Origin: Bacillus subtilis subsp. subtilis str. 168
Lineage (GTDB): Bacteria; Bacillota; Bacilli; Bacillales; Bacillaceae
Assembly (NCBI RefSeq): GCF_000009045.1
Contig: NC_000964.3
Span: 2,670,001 to 2,702,000 of the forward strand
Direction of reading: 5' to 3'
Length of the DNA: 32,000 nt
Shown here: in pieces, positions 1-9,587 of the stretch
Position numbering within the stretch: position 1 is the stretch's first letter
Layout of the letters: each line of letters starts with the position of its first letter
The notes under the pieces: model-generated
The model's input: the letters and a program-made list of their open reading frames with translations, nothing else
What the model was told of the DNA's origin: nothing
Databases searched by the model: none
Position numbers and translations under genes: made by a program

Positions 1-370
1 CTGCTTCCCCCGCTGTTTCACACTCCAACGTCCCGTCAGCTGTGTATTGAAAATAAAGATTATCAACATAAAAGCGAGACCCTACAGGAATGGTCACGCC
101 TTCAGTAAACTCCCCTGCCCTGACTGCTTTTGTGGCAGCAGTCCGCTCAATGCCTGCTTCAGTAGCTCGTCGATCTAAAAATTCCCCTTGGGCCGTGTCT
201 GAGAAGACAAGTTCCAGAACAGTATCGAGCCAAATATAAGACTTGGCCAATTCTGCGGCTACAGGAGCTAACGCGTTATAAATCACGCTGCCTTCCCTTT
301 TATCAATGTCCGCTGAAATGCTGTTCAACATTCGATCCATAATCGATTCATAGGTTTGATCTTCAAACAT
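1..370 (-). CDS. yqbT: Baseplate J-like protein (XkdT-like); N-terminal part only, continues past the window edge
   Basis: Hand translation from ATG at 370..368 gives [43 protein letters not shown]..., open to position 1. The ATG overlaps the yqbS stop as ATGTTTGA. Position matches xkdT in PBSX synteny. Confidence 0.75.
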
Positions 371-797
371 CCTCGCCAAGCACCTCCTCGATCTCCAATG
401 TTCCTTCGTCAGTCTCGACTGTAAAGGAGACACGGAACGATTCGCCTTGTTTTTCTATTTCAAAATCTGTAACAGCAGAAATCCGATCGTCATAGATCAG
501 TGCTTCCTCTATCAGCCGAGGGATCTCCATTTTCTTATATGCGTCTGTTGTTTCGTTATCTGCCAGCACGTCTTGAAGTTCATTTCCAATGTCATGACTG
601 TAAACAGAATATGCGTATCGCTCAGTATGGAGAGACAAATATACAAACTGCTTGATCGCTTCAAGGCCTGTGATGATTTCATTTGTGATACGGCCATTTT
701 CAAAATCTATTTTGTAGGTTTGCGAGGTCTCTATGACTTCGCTGTCATCTTCTATATCCTCAAACTCGATTTCCGGAGACAAAGCCATTCCAAACAC
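363..797 (-). CDS. yqbS: Baseplate wedge-type protein (XkdS-like)
   Basis: 144-aa ORF with GGAGGTG 6 nt upstream of the ATG. Synteny between yqbR and yqbT. Confidence 0.85.
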
Positions 798-800
798 CTC

Positions 801-1064
801 CTATATTTTGTCGAGAATAAAAAATGATTGCCCGCCTTTTAAGGAGACAATCATCACACGCTCACCTGTATTTAATGCTTCTTCACCGGCCCGCAGCCGC
901 TTTGGAACAATAATCAAATCAGCAGGTATTATTAATTTGTCATTTTCATTAAGCCTTATTTCAACAGGGGAAACGGAAACCACTTCAGCCGGTAGAATAT
1001 CCACTGGCGACTCAGAATCAACTGCACGGACAGCCAAATGTTTGATTGCTTCACTTAATCTCAT
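801..1064 (-). CDS. yqbR: Small baseplate/tail protein (XkdR-like)
   Basis: 87-aa ORF. Start overlaps the yqbQ stop (ATGA-type coupling). Confidence 0.8.
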   Translation of the reverse strand: MRLSEAIKHLAVRAVDSESPVDILPAEVVSVSPVEIRLNENDKLIIPADLIIVPKRLRAGEEALNTGERVMIVSLKGGQSFFILDKI

Positions 1065-2041
1065 GAGGAAACACCATCAGGGATAGAATTTTTCTCAACC
1101 ACATCAATGGTCATCGTGTGTGTCGATCCTTTAAATTCGTGTTTGTCTGTATCGATCCAGTATGTTTTCTTAACCCCGACTTCCGGAATTGAGATATAGA
1201 TGGGCAACCCGCTCTGAAGATCCGGAATGCCAATCGCTTGAATACTCTTGAGTTCTTTTTTAACACCTTTTTTCTGTGCCTGTTTGACTTTCGCACGCTC
1301 CTGAAGCTGCGCCTGGTTAATGTTATCAGAAACCGTTTCGACATACTGAAGCACACCATATTTACTGATCCCTGAGCTGTCACTTGCAGTGGCTGTGTAT
1401 GTTTTATTGTCTTTCTGCCGGCGGAGCTTTACTTTTGTGGCCGTGTCATTAATTGAAGTGCTGTATTGATAGCCGGTGATGTTCACACCCGTCTCCAACA
1501 CCCATACTTCTGACAGATCTGGCCAAGCGCGAAGGCCAAGCTTCCCCTTCGCAGAATATAATTGATAATTCCTTCCGGTTTGGCTTTTCGTTTGTTTCAA
1601 GGCTTTTAGAATCATGTCATAAAGGCTCGTATCATCTTTAAACACTAATGATTTAATGGTGTAACCTGTATTTGCAATGGATGTAGTCGGAATCTGAAAA
1701 TCTCGCGCCAACCGTTTTATAATCTCGTCTGCACGTTGATTTGAGAAAACATAAACATCTTTGTTCTTGACCAAATATTGCAGCATATCATAAGCCGTAA
1801 AAGTCATCCAGTGTTCTTCCGGATTGCGAGAAAACACAATGCCCCGGAACAGTTCTTTGCCCTTCCACTTAAATAAAACTGTATCCCCTTCAGATACGCT
1901 GTAATATGAATGGGTTCCCTGTTTCGTAATGATCTTGGCCGTAATCGATCGCGGCGCCTGATACCGTTGCCCTTCGAGGGAAACACTTTCAGTTACCAGC
2001 TCAAGCCATTCCGTTTCTTTAATGACGAAAAGTTCTATCAT
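1061..2041 (-). CDS. yqbQ: Tail/baseplate hub protein (XkdQ-like, late control D-like)
   Basis: 326-aa ORF directly downstream of the LysM protein and tape measure, the usual position of a hub or distal tail protein. Confidence 0.8.
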   Translation of the reverse strand: MIELFVIKETEWLELVTESVSLEGQRYQAPRSITAKIITKQGTHSYYSVSEGDTVLFKWKGKELFRGIVFSRNPEEHWMTFTAYDMLQYLVKNKDVYVFSNQRADEIIKRLARDFQIPTTSIANTGYTIKSLVFKDDTSLYDMILKALKQTKSQTGRNYQLYSAKGKLGLRAWPDLSEVWVLETGVNITGYQYSTSINDTATKVKLRRQKDNKTYTATASDSSGISKYGVLQYVETVSDNINQAQLQERAKVKQAQKKGVKKELKSIQAIGIPDLQSGLPIYISIPEVGVKKTYWIDTDKHEFKGSTHTMTIDVVEKNSIPDGVSS

Positions 2042-2053
2042 GTCATCACCTGC

Positions 2054-2713
2054 TTACTGCGGTATTTTTAATTTTTGCCCAGGAAAGATCCAGTGTCCTG
2101 GCTGTCTTATATTCCGTTTGCTTCGTTTGATCATAGCCTTTTTATTGACTTTCCATATCTTGCGCCATTTTGTACTGTCTCCATAAAATTTGCCGGCAAG
2201 GTCCCACAGTGTATCGCCTTTCTTAACGGTGTATGTTTTAGGAGCTGATTTAGATGGCCGTTTCTTCTTCGTCTTTTTCTTCTGCTTGATCTTCCGCGGC
2301 GAAGCAGTTTTGTATTCCTTCAGCTTTATTTCATAATCACGATCACCTATATCTTTTTGGCCCTCTGTATAAGAAAAAACCTCGATACTGCAAGTTAAAT
2401 TAATTTTCGTTCCAGTAATTAAGAATTGAACCGGCTTTTTAGATTTCACCCATTTCTCGATCTTTGCAATAGCATTTTCAGGAGAAGGAAATCCCTTATA
2501 CTCAGCAAGCGGGCTGTGTTTCTTTGGAAAAAAAGAAGAGAACGAAATTTCTTTCGCTCCCGGTTTATCAATAAAAGTGATCTCCCCAAAACTAGCCACT
2601 TTTACTGATTCATTTTGAATTGTGTTGGATATATCAATTTGTTCAGGAAGGACCGGAAGCCGCAGCTTGTCCTTCCCTTGTGAAATCCAGAATTCATATA
2701 TGGATTTAGTCAA
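2054..2713 (-). CDS. yqbP: LysM-domain tail protein (XkdP-like)
   Basis: C-terminal LysM motif [27 protein letters not shown]...GQKLKIP. The listed ORF starts at 2767, but TTG at 2713 sits 9 nt after GAAGGGAG and overlaps the yqbO stop, so I prefer it. 2767 remains possible. Confidence 0.75.
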   Translation of the reverse strand: MTKSIYEFWISQGKDKLRLPVLPEQIDISNTIQNESVKVASFGEITFIDKPGAKEISFSSFFPKKHSPLAEYKGFPSPENAIAKIEKWVKSKKPVQFLITGTKINLTCSIEVFSYTEGQKDIGDRDYEIKLKEYKTASPRKIKQKKKTKKKRPSKSAPKTYTVKKGDTLWDLAGKFYGDSTKWRKIWKVNKKAMIKRSKRNIRQPGHWIFPGQKLKIPQ

Positions 2714-5700
2714 AAGCAACGACTCCCTTCGTTCCAATGTTGATATCCTGTTCAAGCTCATCGACAAGGGCCTGCTTAATCTTAGCTACAAGACTGTTCA
2801 TGTCTTGGTCATTGTGAAAATGCTGATCGCCATTAAACTGAATAATGACCTCTTTGCCACCTGCAGCTTTAAACGTTGTTTGATTACGACCCGTTGTGGC
2901 AGCTGTTACCTGACCTGAAGATAATTCAGTTTGACCTTTTTCAGATGGGTCTGTGACTTCCATTCCGAGTGCCTTAGCTGCTTGGGCTAATAAATAACGT
3001 CCACGGATGCCTCGCTCCTCCGGAATGATCCATTCCCTTTTGTTTCCTTCACCGACACGGGCAATCTGCTCTTTGGTAATAAGTCCGCCGTTAGCGTAGC
3101 CAACATATGGACCTCCATGTCTCATGCTTCTAATGCCTGGTACATTATTAATTGATCCATATCTGCTTTTGATATAGCCAATCGCAGCAGCAGCGTTGTG
3201 AATCGGGTTAAGAATGTTATTCATGCCCGGCAATTTGTGTGCGTTGAAGGTACTTGGGATTGTCTGCATGAGCCCCTGAGATGGATGTCCTGCTTTCGCA
3301 TTACTATCCCATAAGTTGATTGCCTTCGGATTACCGCCTGACTCATGCTGAGCAATTGTCATCAGCCCTGGAAGCCAGCTCATCGGTGTCTTTGTAGCCA
3401 TGATAGCAGCCATGAGCCATTGCTTCACATTTCCGCTTACTGCGCCCATTCCAGAATAAGCGGCAGCTAGTGAGCCTGCTTGTTTTTCAGCAAACTTTTT
3501 TACATCAACAGAATCCAGACCTTTTACAATACCTATAGAGGCAAAACGCCCAAGACTCATCATGACACGGGAAGGTGAATGAATATCCAGCTCTTCACGA
3601 AATGCCTTCTCAACTTTTTTCGCCAGTTCCTTGGCAGCCTCATTGACTTCACTTGCCTTAGAAGTCATGCCTGAAACAAAATTACCGATCATACCGCTTC
3701 CCCATCCGTTTGATGATTCTTTAGAGCGGATAAACGGCTTGTTAATATGAGTGCTGACGTATTGATCAGTACCAGTTTGTGAGCTATTTTGTCCGGAAGC
3801 AAAACCTTTGATCGTTCCGCTTCCCCATGATGAAGATTTATTAACAGTGTTCTGAAATGGCATTTTAACCTTCGTCTGCAAGAAGCCATCTGTACCGGTC
3901 GAAGTGCTGTTTTGACCTTTAGCATAACCATTGACCACTTGCTTTCCGTAATTCGGAGAATAAGAGATTAAATTGTTCATTGGTTGTCCAACGTTTTTCT
4001 GTTTCCATGCTTCCATAGAAACAACATTATCTCTAATTCCTTGATCAAAGCTCTTCGTGAACTGTTGACCAAATGATGTTGCTTGTTCATCAAGACTGGA
4101 TGTGTCAATAATAGGAGATACAGAAGCAGTCACCGCCGCACTACGGACTAGCGGGGAAGTTGCCGGTTCACCTCCTGCAGATGAAGCAGACGCTATATCA
4201 TCAACCACACTCATCCCTAATTTCGAAGCAGCTTGAGAAAGGAGCATTTTGCCGCGACCTTTATTATTCTCAACAGGGATAACGAATTCTTTACCAGCTT
4301 CACCAATCCAAGATATTGTTGGCTTCGTAATGTAACCACCAGTAGCATGTTTCTTTGGCTTTTCTTTTCCCGAACCAAATAAATAATTTACGCCACTCTT
4401 CACATATCCCCACGCTTTACCAGCAGTTTTTTTCGCACTTGAAGCTACTTTACCACCAACTTCTTTTACCCCGCCTAAAATACTGCTTCCCAATTCCTTT
4501 ACACTCTGCCACTTTTCAGACCACCACTTCTTACTAAAAAGGGTTTCTGAGATGGAACTCTTAACACTTTTCCATATTGATTTAGCATTGTCCCATTTAT
4601 TTTTGGACCAGCTTTTTACACTTTCCCATTTTCCTGACCACCACTTCTCGCTAAATAGAGTGGATTTCAGCTTTCCTTTAACTGATTGCCAAACAGAAGA
4701 CGCGCTGTCCCACTTACTTTGAGCCCAACTTTTTACGCCTTCCCATTTACCTGACCACCACTTCTCACTAAACAAAGTGGATTTTATTTTTCCCTTTACG
4801 GACTCCCAAACAGATGATGCACTATTCCATTTGTTTTGTGCCCAGCTTTTAACGCCAGACCACTTTTCAGACCACCATTCACTATTAAATAAAGTGGACT
4901 TCACCTTTTCTTTTACATTAGACCATGTATCACTTAACCCATTGATGGAAGTCTTCGCATTACTCTTAATGCCTGACCATTTTTCAGACCACCATTTTTG
5001 ATCAAATAATGTACTGTTTAGTTTCTTCTTTACTTCTGAACCATCAAACGCTTTACCTAAACTTGAGCCGCCCATGGTGCCTGCTATACCACCAACTAAT
5101 CCACCAATAGCTGTTCCCACTCCTGGAATAACACTGCCAATAGCTGCTCCTGTAGCCGCTCCAGCAAGGCCACCGCCAGCTGATCCAATTTTTTCACCAA
5201 CATTATCTTTATTCATCCCAATTAAATCGGTTGCCGCTAACGCTGTTCCTAATAGAGGGACTCCCTTTGCAAACTTGCCAACACTTTTCAGAGGACTTAA
5301 GACTTTCCCGAACTTCGATGTACCGCCTGCAGCTCTACCAGCTGAGTATAGCTCCGATCTCGTAGTGATTATTGCTGATCTTGAATCTCTAGTTGGATTA
5401 GTACCTACAGTTCTACCGGAACGCCTTCTCTCCAACCGTTCAGATGACACAGCAATTGAACTATCAGAAGGGTTCATTCGGTTTGGATTACCGCGTCGAC
5501 CTAAAACTCTTTTCCCTCGTCTTCTACGAATGCGATCATTTTTACCTCCATCGCTACAACAGCAATATGTCAAGCTGCCGCTTCGAGGTAAACTCGTTGG
5601 ACCTGTGGCAGTTTTGGATTCTCTGCCCCTTGTGCTAGCATTACGATTACTGTTTCTATTCCTCCTTTCACTTTGCGTATTAGTACCAGCTTTAGGAGTA

Positions 5701-7463
5701 CGTTTTGGAATTAATTTTCGGATTACGCCTGCTGCATCACTTCCGACAGTACCTATGCCTTTTAACAGCGGACGAAGTATTTTCAAATAACCAATCAATC
5801 CAATTAAAGAGGGGATCACAACTTTAATCGCTGTTTTCAAATCATCCCAATGGTTGACGCTCCACTCAATGGCTACGTTTAACTTATCACCTATCTCCTC
5901 ACCTAGATCAGCAATATCTTTTTTGATCTCTTTAAGTTTTTCCTGACCTTCTTTACTGTTAATGAACGAGCTGATTTTATCAAAGGCCGGTCCTAATCCA
6001 GTTAGCAGAGAGGTTCCCATATCCTTAGATATGCTTTCAAAATCTCTCATGGCATCATTAACCGGTGTCATCGGGTTATTATCCCGAAGTTTCGTAAAGC
6101 TTCGTTCCAATTCACCGCTTGTTTTGGCACTTGTACCAATACCCTCAGCCATATCTAAAATAGGCTGCTTAAGGTCTTCATATTGTGTCCCGATAAGCTC
6201 AGTCGCAATAGCAGCCCGCTTTGTTTTGTCTTTCACTTTAGAAAGGGCTTTTGCCACCCTAAATAAACTTTCCTCTCCGCTTATTGAACCATCTTTGAAG
6301 CCCTTGAACATTTTCTTAGTTTCCTTGGCTCCGAACAGTGTTTTAAATGCGTCCACTTGACTATCAGACATTTCGGTTCGGCGGATGTTAAACTCACGCA
6401 TACTATCGGCTAGGTTATCGAAGTTTCTGGCTCCACCCTTTGTTCCTTTTATCATCGCGTTTGCAATTTGGCCGCCTGTGAGCTTCAAGTCTTTAAAGGT
6501 GGAACTGTATTCATTCATCGTGTCTAATAAATCATCAGCCTGGTCACCGGCATTCCGGTATACATAAGCAATTAAGTCTCCGCTTTGTTTCCCAGACAAT
6601 TTCAAGTTGTTATACATTGAACTGAAAGCACGATCTACCTCTGCCTGATCAGCATTCATAAGCTGGGCAATCTTACTTGATGACTCAGTCAATTCAGCCA
6701 GAGCTTTTTTAGACGCCCCTGTCTGTTGCGATAAGTTTCTTAGAGATAAACTGACTTCTTCCCGAGAACTGCCCGCTTTATTGTTGAAATAGATCTGATC
6801 CGTCATTTTTGCAACATCTTTCTTATTAACGTTTGAAGTTGCTGACACATAAGCATCCTGAGACATTGTGCTTTTACCAGAACCCATAATTGAACCTGCA
6901 GAAAAACCACCTGCAACTGCCAGAGTAATGGTAGCACCCTTCAAGCTGTCTATTTTCGCTTCAATAGCATCCAGAGCCGCTGAAGCTCTATCCTTAATAG
7001 AAACAGTTGGCTCTGCATGTTCGCTATCTACATCAGTCACATGACGACGGATCTCATCTAATTGGTTAGAAGCATGATCACGTACTGAAACAGTTGGCTC
7101 AGCGTGCGAGCTATTCAAATCAGTGAGACCTCCACGGATCAAACGAAAACGTGGTGTAGCTTGATCATTTACGGAAACCGTCACCTCATGACTGCCTTCG
7201 GTAAGATCCTCTGCTTGCTGGCGTATAGAATGTAAGCCATTCGAAACTCGATCATCTAAACCCATTTCAAGCAATCGAGCCCGAGCCGTCAAACGGTTGG
7301 CTGATCGATCAATTTGCCGCATAACTCTTTCAGTCCGGTCTTCAGCCTCAAAAATAAGAGGGCCATTAGCAGCCCTCTTAAGTCTTTCAGCATTGCCTTG
7401 TATCATTCGAAGCTTGCGGGAAATCTTATCATGTAATTCAAACGTGGCTGTTAGTTTAGCCAT
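2706..7463 (-). CDS. yqbO: Tail tape measure protein with C-terminal lytic transglycosylase domain
   Basis: 1585-aa ORF with GGGAGG RBS. Contains a coiled-coil N-terminus, G/A-rich TM-like segment, five W-rich 39-aa tandem repeats and the SLT motif [36 protein letters not shown]. Located after the tail chaperone gene. Confidence 0.95.
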   Translation of the reverse strand: MAKLTATFELHDKISRKLRMIQGNAERLKRAANGPLIFEAEDRTERVMRQIDRSANRLTARARLLEMGLDDRVSNGLHSIRQQAEDLTEGSHEVTVSVNDQATPRFRLIRGGLTDLNSSHAEPTVSVRDHASNQLDEIRRHVTDVDSEHAEPTVSIKDRASAALDAIEAKIDSLKGATITLAVAGGFSAGSIMGSGKSTMSQDAYVSATSNVNKKDVAKMTDQIYFNNKAGSSREEVSLSLRNLSQQTGASKKALAELTESSSKIAQLMNADQAEVDRAFSSMYNNLKLSGKQSGDLIAYVYRNAGDQADDLLDTMNEYSSTFKDLKLTGGQIANAMIKGTKGGARNFDNLADSMREFNIRRTEMSDSQVDAFKTLFGAKETKKMFKGFKDGSISGEESLFRVAKALSKVKDKTKRAAIATELIGTQYEDLKQPILDMAEGIGTSAKTSGELERSFTKLRDNNPMTPVNDAMRDFESISKDMGTSLLTGLGPAFDKISSFINSKEGQEKLKEIKKDIADLGEEIGDKLNVAIEWSVNHWDDLKTAIKVVIPSLIGLIGYLKILRPLLKGIGTVGSDAAGVIRKLIPKRTPKAGTNTQSERRNRNSNRNASTRGRESKTATGPTSLPRSGSLTYCCCSDGGKNDRIRRRRGKRVLGRRGNPNRMNPSDSSIAVSSERLERRRSGRTVGTNPTRDSRSAIITTRSELYSAGRAAGGTSKFGKVLSPLKSVGKFAKGVPLLGTALAATDLIGMNKDNVGEKIGSAGGGLAGAATGAAIGSVIPGVGTAIGGLVGGIAGTMGGSSLGKAFDGSEVKKKLNSTLFDQKWWSEKWSGIKSNAKTSINGLSDTWSNVKEKVKSTLFNSEWWSEKWSGVKSWAQNKWNSASSVWESVKGKIKSTLFSEKWWSGKWEGVKSWAQSKWDSASSVWQSVKGKLKSTLFSEKWWSGKWESVKSWSKNKWDNAKSIWKSVKSSISETLFSKKWWSEKWQSVKELGSSILGGVKEVGGKVASSAKKTAGKAWGYVKSGVNYLFGSGKEKPKKHATGGYITKPTISWIGEAGKEFVIPVENNKGRGKMLLSQAASKLGMSVVDDIASASSAGGEPATSPLVRSAAVTASVSPIIDTSSLDEQATSFGQQFTKSFDQGIRDNVVSMEAWKQKNVGQPMNNLISYSPNYGKQVVNGYAKGQNSTSTGTDGFLQTKVKMPFQNTVNKSSSWGSGTIKGFASGQNSSQTGTDQYVSTHINKPFIRSKESSNGWGSGMIGNFVSGMTSKASEVNEAAKELAKKVEKAFREELDIHSPSRVMMSLGRFASIGIVKGLDSVDVKKFAEKQAGSLAAAYSGMGAVSGNVKQWLMAAIMATKTPMSWLPGLMTIAQHESGGNPKAINLWDSNAKAGHPSQGLMQTIPSTFNAHKLPGMNNILNPIHNAAAAIGYIKSRYGSINNVPGIRSMRHGGPYVGYANGGLITKEQIARVGEGNKREWIIPEERGIRGRYLLAQAAKALGMEVTDPSEKGQTELSSGQVTAATTGRNQTTFKAAGGKEVIIQFNGDQHFHNDQDMNSLVAKIKQALVDELEQDINIGTKGVVAFD
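4470..5050 (-). repeat. Five tandem 117-bp (39-aa) W-rich repeats inside the tape measure gene
   Basis: The motif gaccaccac/t recurs on the plus strand at 4519, 4636, 4753, 4870 and 4987, exactly 117 bp apart. The protein unit is [39 protein letters not shown]. Confidence 0.9.
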
Positions 7464-7465
7464 AG

Positions 7466-7654
7466 TTAATTACCTCCCTTCTTCGCTTCTTTTTCTAACA
7501 GCTCAAGCTTAAAACCGATTAATCCATATAAGAGCGCCTTGAATGCTTTCGGAGCCTCATATAGTTCTCTTAATTCTGACGGGGCGTATTTGAGCTCATG
7601 CATAGCATAGTAAAGGTATACAGCCTCTTTGTCCCCGTCTTTTACTAGTTTTTT
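7466..7654 (-). CDS. Putative -1 frameshift extension of the tail assembly chaperone (G-T-like product, yqbN fused to a 62-codon -1 frame read-out (about 60 residues beyond the normal stop))
   Basis: The -1 frame is open from the slippery site: [62 protein letters not shown], stopping at 7466, 3 nt before the tape measure ATG. The 180-nt gap is otherwise unexplained. An internal ATG at 7603 could instead give a free-standing 45-aa ORF. Confidence 0.45.
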   Translation of the reverse strand, partial: KKLVKDGDKEAVYLYYAMHELKYAPSELRELYEAPKAFKALLYGLIGFKLELLEKEAKKGGN

Positions 7655-8094
7655 GCTGCTTCTTCAAGGTCTTCGAGATCATCATCAAAACCGTTGATTT
7701 CAATTGCTTTGTTCAGCCAATTTGCATATTCACCGCCGACTGAAAGAACACGTTTGGCGACTTCCACTGGATCTTCTGTTTTGTAAGCCTCACGTAGTTC
7801 CTTAGCTTTAAAGTTCGGATAAACAGTCGTTTCAACCGCAATACGAGCATAAAAGCGTTGGCTGTCCAACTCCTTCACACGGCCGCGGCCTTTTACATTT
7901 TTGTAAGTGGTGTTCTCTTTCTCAAGTTCGTCAATTCGTTCAGTCGTAATTGCTTTGAAAATGAATGGAACAACATTGCCTTCTTTGTCTACAAACCGTT
8001 TAGAAATCGGAACTTCTACCTCTTCCGCTTCAATTGTTTGTCCTGGCATAAAGAATGAAAGATCGTATACTTTTTCGTTTTGTTTTTCACTCAT
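7645..8094 (-). CDS. yqbN: Tail assembly chaperone (XkdN-like)
   Basis: 149-aa acidic ORF immediately upstream of the tape measure, with AAAGGAG RBS. Confidence 0.85.
   Translation of the reverse strand: MSEKQNEKVYDLSFFMPGQTIEAEEVEVPISKRFVDKEGNVVPFIFKAITTERIDELEKENTTYKNVKGRGRVKELDSQRFYARIAVETTVYPNFKAKELREAYKTEDPVEVAKRVLSVGGEYANWLNKAIEINGFDDDLEDLEEAAKN
7648..7654 (-). promoter_or_regulatory. Candidate -1 programmed ribosomal frameshift heptamer A_AAA_AAC
   Basis: The minus strand reads gcA AAA AAC tag in the yqbN frame, which fits the X_XXY_YYZ pattern. It is the last sense codon pair before the yqbN stop. Confidence 0.45.
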
Positions 8095-8131
8095 GTTTAT
8101 TAACTCCTTTTACTTTTTAGTTTTGGACAAG

Positions 8132-8165
8132 AAAAAAAGCACATTCATACTTTTTGAATGTGCTT
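8132..8165 (-). terminator. Intrinsic terminator on the minus strand, just upstream of yqbN
   Basis: Perfect 11-bp stem aagcacattca/tgaatgtgctt (8137-8147 / 8155-8165) with a 7-nt loop. On minus-strand RNA it is followed by a 7-nt U run (plus-strand a32-a38). On the plus strand no T tract follows. Confidence 0.6.
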
Positions 8166-8239
8166 TCCATATAATTCATGTATAATAGATTCTTGAAGCT
8201 ACCTTAGCTTATCCTCCGAATATGAAAGGAGGTGAAATT

Positions 8240-8419
8240 ATGTCGACCTATGAATCTCTAATGGTCATGATCGGCTTTGCCAATTTAATAGGCGGGATTA
8301 TGACATGGGTAATATCTCTTTTAACATTATTATTCATGCTTAGAAAAAAAGACACTCATCCTATTTACATTACTGTAAAGGAAAAGTGTCTACACGAGGA
8401 CCCTCCTATTAAAGGGTAG
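8240..8419 (+). CDS. txpA: Type I toxin TxpA (59 aa)
   Basis: MSTYESLMVMIGFANLIGGIMTWVISLLTLLFMLRKKDTHPIYITVKEKCLHEDPPIKG matches TxpA as I remember it. AGGAGG at 8227-8232 is 7 nt upstream of the ATG. Perfect TATAAT at 8181-8186. Confidence 0.93.
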   Translation: MSTYESLMVMIGFANLIGGIMTWVISLLTLLFMLRKKDTHPIYITVKEKCLHEDPPIKG

Positions 8420-8564
8420 TTTCTTTTTTAAAAGCTAGAGTGCTGCCACACTCTGGCTTTTATATTTTAGCATTTCTCATGAAAGTAACACACATTAACA
8501 AGTGGTAATGTGGTAATGTGGTACCAACTATAAGCTTACGCCAGTAGTTGCAATACTTTTGCTT
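8345..8564 (-). ncRNA. ratA: RatA antisense antitoxin RNA (ends predicted from promoter and terminator)
   Basis: Extended -10 TGTTATAAT on the minus strand (8579..8571) predicts a start near 8564. A long imperfect hairpin (agacact 8350-8356 / agtgtct 8385-8391) plus a 6-7 nt U run predicts an end near 8345. The resulting ~220 nt agrees with my recollection of ~222 nt. It overlaps the last ~75 nt of the txpA CDS and its 3' UTR (~125 nt in total). Confidence 0.6.
8434..8468 (+). terminator. txpA intrinsic terminator
   Basis: Stem gctagagtg/cactctggc (one G-U pair), loop ctgcca, then ttttatatttt. It lies 15 nt after the txpA stop. Confidence 0.65.
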
Positions 8565-8570
8565 GGCACC

Positions 8571-8579
8571 ATTATAACA
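8571..8579 (-). promoter_or_regulatory. Extended -10 promoter element for ratA (TGnTATAAT)
   Basis: The reverse complement of attataaca is TGTTATAAT. No good -35 is present, as is common for extended -10 promoters. Confidence 0.5.
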
Positions 8580-8714
8580 TGAATATATATTGATTATATA
8601 ATTATTTGTATCTTTTATTTGTTACTTTTTTTATCTATGAGTTCAAAATGACCTGATCATAGAAGCCTTAACCCTTTTTCTTTTATTAAAAACCCTCGGA
8701 TTATGAAAGTGTTA

Positions 8715-8723
8715 TGGTACAAT
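8715..8723 (+). promoter_or_regulatory. Extended -10 element for bsrH (TGgTACAAT)
   Basis: tggtacaat lies ~75 nt upstream of the bsrH start, with the same architecture as the ratA and yqaP promoters. Confidence 0.45.
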
Positions 8724-8798
8724 ATGGTTTAGTATAAATGAATATTGGCTTTCAACATCTCAAGGGCGGTCTGGCTCACTCCCTCATGAAAGGGGGTG

Positions 8799-8888
8799 AT
8801 GCACGTGTCAACATTTCAAGCATTAATGCTTATGCTTGCTTTCGGGTCATTTATAATTGCCCTGTTGACTTATATAAAGAAGAAATAG
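8799..8888 (+). CDS. bsrH: Type I toxin BsrH (29 aa)
   Basis: Hand translation gives MHVSTFQALMLMLAFGSFIIALLTYIKKK. AGGGGGTGA is directly upstream. It was missed by the ORF track, and the listed 8738..8923 ORF is in the wrong frame. Confidence 0.88.
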   Translation: MHVSTFQALMLMLAFGSFIIALLTYIKKK

Positions 8889-9075
8889 ACCCACCCCTTG
8901 AGCTCGGCAAAGTAAAAGGGTAAAGTCTATCCTAAATACTTTCATGAAGTTGTTAAGCCAGCCCTCTTGATGGGCCAACATTTATACTGACCCGGCGGCA
9001 ACCGGGTCTCTTTTATTTTATGCATTTCTTTTGAAAGAAATACATGTTTCCATTTGGTACGGTTGAATTACTTCT
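8876..9075 (-). ncRNA. as-bsrH antisense RNA (ends predicted)
   Basis: Minus-strand TGGTAAGAT extended -10 (9090..9082) predicts a start near 9075. A long imperfect hairpin (atagac 8885-8890 / gtctat 8925-8930) followed on the minus strand by tttcttcttt predicts an end near 8876. That gives ~200 nt, overlapping the bsrH 3' UTR and its last ~13 coding nt. Confidence 0.45.
8989..9020 (+). terminator. bsrH intrinsic terminator
   Basis: gacccgg-cggcaa-ccgggtc followed by tcttttatttta. Confidence 0.7.
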
Positions 9076-9141
9076 AAAGTAATCTTACCACATTTTTTCG
9101 TAAATATCTTCGTTAAAGTCGGCGATTTTTCGTGAAAGTGA

Positions 9142-9585
9142 TTAGAATGTGGATTTTAACTGTTCAGGCACATCAAAATCCTCAAAGGTAAACGGCACTT
9201 CTTCTTCCAATGCTTCAGAATCAACATCAAGCCCAGCGATTTTCGCAGAATCAAAGTTCACATCGTACAAGGTGACTCGTTCAGTCCCACGACCTGAAGA
9301 GGCGTCATCTAGAACAGCTTGTAAGGTGAAATAAGGATCACTTCCCTTTTTCACATAGTCCATCATAATAAGAACAAATTGAGAAGTCACTTTATAAAAA
9401 GTGGCTGTTCCCGTTCCATTTGCTCCGGTCGTTTTGTGCCCCGTCATCCGACGACCCATGATATTGACCTCGGATTTGTTTTTCTCTACATTGGCTTCAA
9501 ACGTTTTGATATGGGCCATTTCTTCTCCATCAAGAAACAACCTGCCCTCTTTACCTGAAATGGTGTTTTGCGCTTTTAATGCCAT
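9142..9585 (-). CDS. yqbM: Tail tube protein (XkdM-like)
   Basis: 147-aa ORF immediately downstream of the sheath gene, with GAGGTGA RBS. Confidence 0.88.
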   Translation of the reverse strand: MALKAQNTISGKEGRLFLDGEEMAHIKTFEANVEKNKSEVNIMGRRMTGHKTTGANGTGTATFYKVTSQFVLIMMDYVKKGSDPYFTLQAVLDDASSGRGTERVTLYDVNFDSAKIAGLDVDSEALEEEVPFTFEDFDVPEQLKSTF

Positions 9586-9587
9586 TC

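Noticed and set aside
5074-5790. 238-aa plus-strand ORF (Pro/Ala-rich)
   Set aside because: It is the mirror image of the G/A-rich and R/S-rich part of the tape measure gene. It has no RBS, and its composition is typical of an antisense artefact.
8154-8186. TTGAAT as the -35 for the txpA TATAAT
   Set aside because: The spacing is 21 nt, which is too long. The promoter probably relies on the -10 region alone.
8222-8239. Longer TxpA start (MKGGEIM...)
   Set aside because: That ATG lies upstream of and overlapping the AGGAGG Shine-Dalgarno sequence. The ATG at 8240 has correct spacing and gives the known 59-aa peptide.
8503-8526. Tandem gtggtaat x2.5 mini-repeat
   Set aside because: Too short to be a repeat element. 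It lies inside the predicted RatA 5' domain, where cacatta can pair with the nearby taatgtg, so it is most simply RNA secondary structure.
8738-8923. 61-aa plus-strand ORF over the bsrH locus
   Set aside because: Wrong frame. The 29-aa frame starting at 8799 has the RBS and the type I toxin character.
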